DNA of 64,000 nt. It comes from Octopus sinensis (Eukaryota). Shown piece by piece: positions 54,850 to 64,000 of the stretch (positions are counted from its first letter, which is position 1; every line of letters begins with the position of its first letter). The stretch lies in NCBI RefSeq assembly GCF_006345805.1, contig NC_043014.1:50778001-50842000 (forward strand), written 5' to 3'. The position numbers and the translations under genes are program-made. The notes beneath the pieces were generated by a model that saw only the letters and a list, made by a program, of their open reading frames with translations, was not told where the DNA came from and ran no database searches.

Positions 54850-55760
54850 GGGATGTTTCATTTAAATTGTGACAAGGCAACACCTGCAGGTAAGATGCAG
54901 GCAGGTAGGATATTCCACAAGGCCGATGTCCTAGGGGATGTGTGATTCAGTTAGTTTAAGGGGGGGGGGTGTTTGATGCACTAAGAGTGAAAAGAGAAGA
55001 GGCCAGTTATTTAGCGGTACCAGAATTGTGAAGGTACGAATGCAATCAACCTGTGTCATCTCTTGTGAAAGGTAGGAGAGTCCAGTTTGCTGGACATTGT
55101 TGTAGAGCTGAAAACAAGGAAATTTCTACTCTCCTCCTCTGGAAGCCATCTACTCGCAATGCCAGAGGGCGCAGGCTCTCCTACCCTGATGTGATCTCCA
55201 GGGATACAGGCATCAAACAACAGGACCTCCGTAATGCCATGATGGACCGTGAAGTCTGGCGTAGCATGGTAAATTCCATTGTCTCGACCACGGTCGAACA
55301 ATGATGATGATGCAATCAACTTTTACGAGAAGAGGTTATAATGATAGCGATAAAATTACAGAGAGAAAAGTTCAACTCTAGTTCAGAGGTTAGGGTGTGC
55401 CCTTTAGTGATAAAATGCTATTGAGATGAGTAGCTATCACCTCGTTACGATTCAGGTTGCTGGCGCGTGTATGAGCACCATCCAAGATACAAGAGTCGTC
55501 CTATATTGTAGCTTCATTTCAGCTTTGTTGGCTGTCAGCATGATTTGGGGACGAAGGGAGTGTTTTGGAAAGCGATCTTAGCTTTGTTAAATGTGTTCTC
55601 ACCAGGAGAGGTCCTCGATAATAGAAAAGGTACGATATTTAGGATGACTACATACAAGATGGGTGATATTGGATATAAGGGACAGTAATACATTGATATG
55701 CGTAAGTAAGTGAAGAGAGGACAGCTCTGAATCGCCTGCAAATGCAGCGTTAGTTAGCAA
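54850..55760 (-). mobile_element. Old CR1/L2-like LINE, RT C-terminal region, interrupted by an RTE insertion
   Basis: Minus-strand remnants DLSW*EHI, WDGAH, LFSL*FYRYHYNLFS*KLIAFVP, which continue across the insertion site. Confidence 0.7.
55051..55309 (+). mobile_element. 5'-truncated RTE-clade LINE with (TGA)n tail and 11-bp TSD
   Basis: RRVQFAGHCCRA..LLLWKP..RGRRLSYPDVISRDTG..AMMDREVWR; TSD atgcaatcaac at 55040-55050 and 55310-55320. Confidence 0.93.
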
Positions 55761-57090
55761 GCGAAATACAACCAACTCGTAAATACGCCAATAAATTCGA
55801 GAGGTGATTTCAAATATATTCTGGGCAACTGAACTATATTACTCTAGAAATTTCTAGAAAGGTTTTCGTTTTATTTTTTTTTAAATATTTTAGTGTATAT
55901 AACGCTACGGAAATGCAAATGCAAGGTACTCAAAATATTTGAATTAAAAATTACTTTATAAGACAGCTAAAGACATTGATTCGGATAAAAATAATCTCCG
56001 TGGAGTACACTCAAATATTTTACTTAGAACACTTCATTCTTCATTATACAGTAAAACTCTAAACACCATGAAGCAGTATGATCACACCAGTAAGGTTTTT
56101 GATTATATTTCTTCTTGATCAACCTCATTGAGTCTCGACAACTTTCCGCAACCAGTCTCTAGACCTCCTTCTTTTTCTCCATTACTCTTTCCCCGCTATA
56201 AATTTCGAGTTCTGATATCATTTAAAGAGCATATTATCCATATTAAGTTCACCAATATCGGAGAACAGAATTTATGGATAGATTGCTTTTTCTGCAAAAA
56301 TGAACAAGAAAAAGGAATTAAGGCATTACAGCATCAAAATCATAAGCAACCATAATTTTATGACCGTAATTTCATGATTGGAAGTGAATTTCACCAACAA
56401 GGAATCGAAACTTTTCTGCCTAGAGGTAGAAAACTCACCAACGTAGCACCTCTTCTTCTGTAAAATGTGACACAAACCACCCGTCATTTCGGCTGGTAGT
56501 CATGTCTGCCATATATATTCTCCTGTCGTATTATATAAGTAACTATGAAACTGTTATGAAATACACTAGTAAACTATATTACCTTAATAGATGTAAATTG
56601 AAAATAAGATTTTTGTTTGGCAAACGAACAACTTGTTATCATAATTTCCTTACAATTAAATAATTGCATCATTTCCCACAAATTTGTTAGAATTAATAGA
56701 TACGGTTCTTTTATTCACAATCGATTGACAATGTAATGTGCTATATTATTATTTCAGCCGATTAATACTATATCATCAACGTCAAGGGAGTCGGGCAAAT
56801 ATATGTGTGTGCCTATAGTTAGTCTGGCACTCATTCTAATGATCCCAGTTTATTGAATGACTTGGCTTTAGAAATATGTATATGTATGTGTCCATATGTA
56901 TATGTACAGGCGAGAAAATAGCTATACATATGTACCCTGCAATGCACCGCAGACTGAAAACACCAAACCAGTATATATTTTTTATACATTTATATATACA
57001 GATAAAATGAGAGAAGCTAATATGTATATATATATATATATATATAGCATTATTAAATCTCAGAATGAGATTGAAACAGTAATCGCTCGA

Positions 57091-57313
57091 TAATGTAAAG
57101 TATAGAAGCCATCTTAACATGTCTAACCACATAGGGGAGAGGGTGTTACTGTAGCTTTATAGCCCCAGGAGATCGTCGTCTCCAACTAAAAGGGCACTGA
57201 AATGGTGTCTAAAGCCAGCTGGAGACGACAATCTCCTGGGGCTATAAAGCTACAGTAACACCCCTTCTCCTATGTGGTTAGCCATGTTAAGATGGCTTCT
57301 ATACTTTACATTA
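57091..57313. mobile_element. ~220-bp hairpin (MITE-like or inverted retroelement ends) between TA arrays
   Basis: Arms ~57091-57184 and 57220-57313, few mismatches, ~35-nt loop. Confidence 0.88.
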
Positions 57314-57628
57314 TACACATATATATATATATATATATATACATATATAAGATAGAAAATCAAGGGTGTATAGATATTAGAGTATTTATAGATAGAGGGT
57401 CTTACAGCTGTTTTATCTTATTACGCAAAAAAATTCATATATATACACGCTGACATAGAACCAACGTTGAACCCTTTATTCGCAATATTACCGAATCTAG
57501 AACTTAACCAAAGTCTGTCTATAGCACTTATTCAGCATTACCAGACACCTTTGGTCTCAATGACACCATTATCTTTTATATATATATATATATATATATG
57601 TATGGATGTATATATATATATATATAAA

Positions 57629-57678
<50 letters not shown>

Positions 57679-59206
57679 CGGAGAGAAAGACAGACAGCTA
57701 GACAAACGGACAGGTAGGTAGGTTAGTTGATACATAGGTAGGTAGTTTGATAACTTGGTATATAGACAAAGATAGCTTTCTGTAGGTGGATATAAGAAAA
57801 TATAAGTAAATATATATATAAATATATATAACTATATATAGGTATATAGATATACGTAGGCAAATGTAGATCGAAAGATAGATATAGGAAGATATAGGTA
57901 GTTAGATACATTGATTGATAGATATATTGAGCGATTGACCAAAGATAGGGAGAAAACAAATTTCAGATTTTATTCTGAGCCGATGAGAACTAACAGATTT
58001 TTGTTGATTGATGAATACGATATTCCAGTCTCGGTGCATCCCAATTTCACACATGCATATTCAAGAACAGTGCCAAAGAATTTTTTTCATGGCCTTCAAG
58101 ACTTGTAATTTCAGGATGATATCCTCACTTGAAATAACTTCGCAAAGCTTTCAGCATGTGGATAGTCTAAAGAGTATCAGACGTCAGGTTTTGGTGTTAA
58201 ACACTGGGTTAGGGGTGTCACAATCTTTCCCTGAAGAACGGGAAGATAAATCTGGTTGGTTTCAACGAATGAAACTTCACACATCATAGTATGGCGATAG
58301 AGTGTCTAATTAACTTTATTTGGCACCGCGTAATTTCGGACTTAGTTGTAATACAGGTCTCCATGTGCAGTAAATGCCATCTGTTATAGTTCTAGTCAGA
58401 CCAATACCTTCTGAACGACTTTGGTAAACAGACACTGCGTGCAAGCCCGCTGGAAAGGAGAAAGGGCTATAGTCAACGAAAGAAAAGAAGTAATCGCTAA
58501 CAGCACACGTGTAGGTACACTTCTGTACCTGCATTAATTTTCCAGTAAATATCGGTACTTCGTTGTGCCATTTATTTACTTTTATGTATAATTTTACCCT
58601 CACGGGCTATCCTTTACTGGAAAGCAATACTCTCGTATTGCATTACTGTTTTCATTGAAACTTCTTGAACACAATGGGCTGCACTCTAACCTCTCGTCAC
58701 CCGCGAATTTGCAAATAAGCATAACAAAACCATATCAGTCACTACACTAAGGATGATGAGAAGCTATCATTATACGTGCGAAATTGTTGTTACATTCCTT
58801 TTGAAGCAAAAAGTCGTCGGCGATTTCTATGGGGGAAATGGTTTATGTTCACCATTATTAGAAGAGGGAAATATTGGTTTCAAACTCTAGCACAAGGCTA
58901 AGAATTTCGGGGCCTGGGAAAAATCGATTTCTTCGAACCCAGGAAATTTTCTTTTACATGGTTTTTACATGATTGCTGCCTGCAAAAAATTTCACTTAAA
59001 ACTATTTAAATTAATAATATATTGAAAAAGTGACACATACGCAAACTCCTTCACAGTGCCAAGTAGAAGTGGCATCAAGGCATTTGCAAAAGGTTCCTCT
59101 CAGTCGCAATAGGGCTATGCCGGAACCTAGACCTGTGATACGATATTCGTTACTCTGTCAGTCAAAAACCTACTTATATTATCAGTATACTAATAAATAG
59201 GTAATT

Positions 59207-59342
59207 ATTGTCTGAGAGAGCAGTGCATGCCATCAAAGTGACACTGGGGTAAAATATACGAAGCCCAATATACCCATCATGACTACCCGTCTGATAAGGG
59301 TACGCCAGGCACATGCATCACAATCATGTGTGCGACATTGTG
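59207..59342 (-). mobile_element. 3' fragment (X part) of the YX retroposon flanked by a 135-bp direct duplication
   Basis: Duplicated target 59072-59206 and 59387-59521. Confidence 0.88.
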
Positions 59343-59857
59343 AGCCGCAATAGGGCTATGCATCAAGGCATTTGCAATAGGGCTATGCATCAAGGCATTT
59401 GCAAAAGGTTCCTCTCAGTCGCAATAGGGCTATGCCGGAACCTAGACCTGTGATACGATATTCGTTACTCTGTCAGTCAAAAACCTACTTATATTATCAG
59501 TATACTAATAAATAGGTAATTGTGCGATAATGTATCAGCTCTTTGTTAGAACACCAGCTATATCTTGTTTCGGAGTGATTAGTCTCCATTGGAAAATAAT
59601 TATATCAGGAAAAGTAGATTACAGTTAGATAAAGTTAAACAATTTAGTCTGCTCACTTTTCATTTAGCTGAGCATTTTCGAACAGCATAATAAGCAAGCC
59701 TGATTATGGAGTAGGCATATTAATTAGTGCAATTTATCTTGTTGGTAATTAGAAGTATGTTTTGGCATCATATCAAAGCTTCCCGTTGTGATAATGGTGT
59801 TCGAAAGCAAGTATATATCTAATTTACACATGCTACATAAGAATAATAATTACGAAG

Positions 59858-59881
59858 ATACTACTACTACCACTACTACTA

Positions 59882-59959
<78 letters not shown>

Positions 59960-59980
59960 ACAACAACAACAACAACAATG
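59858..59980. repeat. (ACT)n-(ACA)n array
   Basis: Direct reading. Confidence 0.97.
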
Positions 59981-59999
59981 ATACTTTGTACTAAAAGTA

Positions 60000-60130
60000 C
60001 AAAGATTGAAAATTGTGGGGAGGGGACTAGGTTTCAATAGTACTTAATTTATCGACCCCGAAAGTATGAAAGACAAAGTGGGCCTCGCTGTAATTTGAAC
60101 TATAAACGTAGCGGCAGTTGAAAAACGGCT
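60000..60130 (-). mobile_element. Old SINE family A fragment
   Basis: tacttaatttatcgaccccgaaag core. Confidence 0.7.
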
Positions 60131-60411
60131 AGGCCTTGACTGGCAACCTCACCAGGGACAGGGTCTCGATGAAGGCGCCGGTGGTTGTGACACCTAATCA
60201 ACACAGCCCTCTTTATGAGTGTGATGCCAAATCAAAATCATAGCAACAACGTTCATGACAGCCGATCCCCCAGTGAAGGTCTTTCGCACGGCAAGTGTTC
60301 TGTAGTGCACCAGGGTAGACTTAGTCGCTATCCGAATGCTGCTACAAAGAAAAGAGGAAATGGACTCGAAACGACAATAAGACTGTAAGAGAATATTCTT
60401 ACAGAAGCGAA

Positions 60412-60611
60412 ACCTGAAGAAAATTCTAACTGGGCCCCACCTGCAAGGTCATGTGTTGTTTATCTTGATATGAGATCACCATGTCGCGCACATATGGTTG
60501 TGATGCATGTGCCTGGTGTACCTTTATCAGACGGGTTGTCATGATGGGTATATTGGGCTTCGTATATTTTACCCCAGTGTCACTTTGTTGGCATGAACTG
60601 CTCTCTCACTC
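60412..60611 (+). mobile_element. 5'-truncated YX retroposon (X part) with (AAT)n tail
   Basis: Aligns to ~60975-61158 and to 59207-59342. Confidence 0.85.
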
Positions 60612-60635
60612 AATAATAATAATAATAATAATAAA

Positions 60636-61158
60636 TGACCTGATGCAGTACCAGACAGTGGCTCTCATGACTTTTGATCTTAACTGATTGGAAGTGTTAA
60701 CATGTACATTGTTTTGTCTTGGTATAAAAGATGGGCTACAGCAAATATTATGCTCCATACCACAGATTTGCTTATCAGTTCTTTGATCTTAACCAGTTGC
60801 CCCTTAGTGACTGACGTTATGTGCATCTTTGATCATGAGCAAAAGTTGTGGGGGAGCATCATAGCCATGTGCTGAGAGGAATTCTTTGGGGTTTGCATAA
60901 TTCACCTCTGGAAACATGGGCGTTTTTTTCATCACCCCTAGAAGAAACCCTATTCAGGGATCTTCTTACTGCGTTGGTCTAACTGGACCCCATCTGCAAG
61001 TTCATGCACTGTTTATCTTGATATGAGATCGCCATGTCGTGCACATGTGATGCATGTGTCTAGTATACCCTTATCAGAGGGTTAGTCATGATTGGTATAC
61101 TGGGCTTCGTATATTTTACCCAAGTATCACTTTGTTGGCATGCACTGCTCTCTCAGAC
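60636..61158 (+). mobile_element. Apparently full-length 523-bp YX non-coding retroposon between (TAA)n tracts
   Basis: 5' end matches the copy at 4846; 3' end matches two X copies; no Pol III boxes recognised. Confidence 0.8.
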
Positions 61159-61439
61159 AATAATAATAATAAAAATGATAGTAATAATAATAATAGACAA
61201 GAGTGCGATGCGATTGCAATAGATATTTTATTAGTTGAACAGTATTCCGACAGTCCGTGTGTCTTTTACAAGTTGAAAGTATTAAATGAAATTAAATTCA
61301 AAGATAAGAAACGCTGAAACATTGAAAAATTAAATAGGAATAATTGCTTTTCATTCCAAGTAAAATGACGTCATCAAATAAGATATAGCATTTCCATAGT
61401 CAAAACCAACAGACTATCTAAGCGTTTATCTCTGTTATA

Positions 61440-61620
61440 AATCGTTAGCAAGTCGGACTAATTGTTTCGCTGAATTTCGTCCGTTGTTATGATGTTCTCA
61501 GTTCAAATTCTGCCGGTGTCGACTTTGCCTTTCATTCTTTCGGGATCGACAAAAATAATACCAGTTGAGCACTGGGTTCAATGTAAGCAACTTATCTCCT
61601 TCCACGAAATTTGAAATAAT
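61440..61620 (+). mobile_element. Old SINE family A
   Basis: ctcagttcaaattctgcc...gactttgcctttcat core. Confidence 0.7.
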
Positions 61621-61911
61621 TATTGTCGTCATGAAATCATCATTGTAACATTTACGAAATGAACGAAAAAAAAATCGAACGAAAGTACGCAATCCTGCGT
61701 CAAACGTTACTGCAAATTCTAACGTGGATATTTTAACTGCATAATCACAGTTGCGTTTTGTGTTCGTAAACATCACACTGTATCTTATTTGTATAAGTCC
61801 TCTATAAATATATATATATATATATATATTTACGTTCCTACCTTGCCTTTATTGCTCCACTTCTTTCAATGTGTGTGTCTGTGTTTGTACGCGGCCTCGT
61901 TTATGCATTCA

Positions 61912-62008
61912 TGTCGCATCTCCCATATTAACCCCCTCTTTCTGTGTCGCATCTCCCATATCAACCCTCTCTTTCTGTGTCGCATCTCCCACATTAACCC
62001 CCTCTTTC
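61912..62008. repeat. 33-bp minisatellite, three copies
   Basis: tgtcgcatctcccatattaaccccctctttctg repeated head to tail. Confidence 0.93.
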
Positions 62009-62678
62009 CCTCTCTAATTATTTGATGCAAAGCGTAATGGAAAAAAAAGTCAACCAGCCAACCTCCAACTTTTATATCTGCTATACTTATATAGATATTA
62101 TATCCTTTTTTTTTAAATAGTAAGATATGAATAAGAAGATGAGAGGGCTGGCGGTAATTTCGAACAGGTTGACTGACCACTTAAAGAATTCGTTATTGGT
62201 TCGTTTAATATTGAATTCGAAATTCTATACTCATATCAATAAATAAGCAACAAAATATATTTCTCATCCTGAGTTAGAAAAAAAAAATAATGTGATTCCA
62301 AATGATGACACACAGAAAATCTTCCAAAGGAAATTATCAGATATAAAAACAAATTTACAGCAATGCGTCTGACCAGGATATGCCTAGAGATCACTTCCTA
62401 TTTTCGGAGATATATTTTCATTTTGCTCATAGACATAATCAAATTTGACCCACACAGACACACACACACGGACACATACACACACAAGATGTATAACTGG
62501 TGACATAGCGCACATACAAATCAAAGATGTTGCGCAAGAAATGAATATATTTTTATATAATCTTTTGCTAGTCTCAAAAGAAATCTATAGAAATACCGAT
62601 TCCAAAGTCAAAACTAACAGGCTGTCTAAGCGTTTGTCTCTGTTATATATATGTTAGAATATACATATACATACATAC

Positions 62679-62753
<75 letters not shown>

Positions 62754-63062
62754 AAATAAAGCTTATTTGACATCATAAAATGGCAGTCCTGATTAGGACC
62801 TGTGTCACTGCTATTTAACCACAGGAAAGCATCGTCTCCATCTCTTATCAACACACTAACTGCGTTCTTATATTTTGGAACAAGGGTGATAGTGTCCCCA
62901 CTCAGCTCTAAGCAATATCTTTGTACGAATGATTTCTGGGTTATTTCACTTCGTCAGCACAGAATTAATCGCTTGGTTAAAAATGACGTTGTAAAGTATA
63001 TACTTCGCCATCTCTAGCGAAGCGATTATTCTGTGCTGATGAAAGGAAATATCTATCTATCT

Positions 63063-63149
<87 letters not shown>

Positions 63150-63341
63150 GTATGTCAGTCTGTTTGTCTGTCTTTCTATCTGTCTGTCTGTCTAGCTATT
63201 CATATGTATATGCATGTATGTGTGCATCTATTAGCATCTATTAGCGGGTCAGCCATTAGTCTTTTAAAAGATACTTTGTCTGTTACATCATAATTCAATA
63301 AATACGTAGCTACTCTTTGGCCTATCGACAAACAATAAAAG

Positions 63342-63382
63342 TGACCCTAACCGGTCATAGATTCTATGACCAGTTAGGGTCA
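63342..63382. repeat. 41-bp palindrome (20-bp arms, 1-nt spacer, 1 mismatch)
   Basis: tgaccctaaccggtcataga-t-tctatgaccagttagggtca. Confidence 0.9.
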
Positions 63383-63799
63383 AAGGATCATGCAGCTGCA
63401 CATCCTGTTGATTTTTTAATGTTTTTGAATGTTGTGGTTCACGTATTCTCCTGTTAAAAACGATTCTTCTAATGATGTAATCTCCATTAATCAATTAAAA
63501 ATTCGTTGGAAACAGCTGTAGTGAAATGACACATCCATCTGTTTATATCTATTTATTATTCAACTCTCTCGGTACCTGTTCCTTGCGTAGATCTGAAGCA
63601 TATTATCATATTGCTCTTCTTAATTAGGCTCAGGGCTATTCATATACTCAGCCAGGTACAGTTAATCGTTTACATAACCTGAATATCTTCCTACATCTAC
63701 TTCAGCAGCTGCATATGTACTCCTCCATTTTTGATGTGTAAACGTTTTACTTTCAGCCCAACAAGGAGACTTACCTTTTACGGGCCCAATTCTATTATA

Positions 63800-63821
63800 T
63801 ATATCTGTCTATCTATCTATC

Positions 63822-63903
<82 letters not shown>

Positions 63904-63919
63904 ACTATCTACATATGTA

Positions 63920-63994
<75 letters not shown>

Positions 63995-64000
63995 GTGTGT
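63800..64000. repeat. (TATC)n-(TA)n compound microsatellite (another TATC array at ~63050-63150)
   Basis: Direct reading. Confidence 0.96.

Noticed and set aside
57200-57270. Twister or hammerhead ribozyme in the 57-kb hairpin
   Set aside because: The conserved core nucleotides and pseudoknots of either class could not be placed.

Overview
AT-rich, microsatellite-saturated eukaryotic DNA with no intact protein-coding gene that I can recognise. The repeat complement (abundant tRNA-headed SINEs, TA/TATC/TG/triplet arrays) looks like an Octopus (coleoid cephalopod) genome; this assignment is from recall of such repeats, not a search. Almost every long ORF in the track is a microsatellite artefact. 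Real coding remnants are three decayed mariner transposases, R4/Dong-type C-termini in (TAA)n arrays, a 5'-truncated RTE LINE nested with an 11-bp TSD in an old CR1/L2-like LINE, and a Tigger-like MITE. Four SINE families (my labels A-D) occur as monomers, dimers, chimeras, nested insertions and a tandem tail array. The most interesting signals are: (1) several minimal hammerhead-ribozyme-like motifs in short non-coding inserts between TA/TATC microsatellites (Penelope-like/retrozyme-type candidates); (2) three foldback elements, one a ~780-bp near-perfect palindrome; (3) a 523-bp non-tRNA retroposon that abuts (TAA)n, one copy flanked by a 135-bp duplication with a template-switch scar; (4) SINE and LINE-like 3' tails that match each other within the window. 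Coordinates of decayed elements are approximate.
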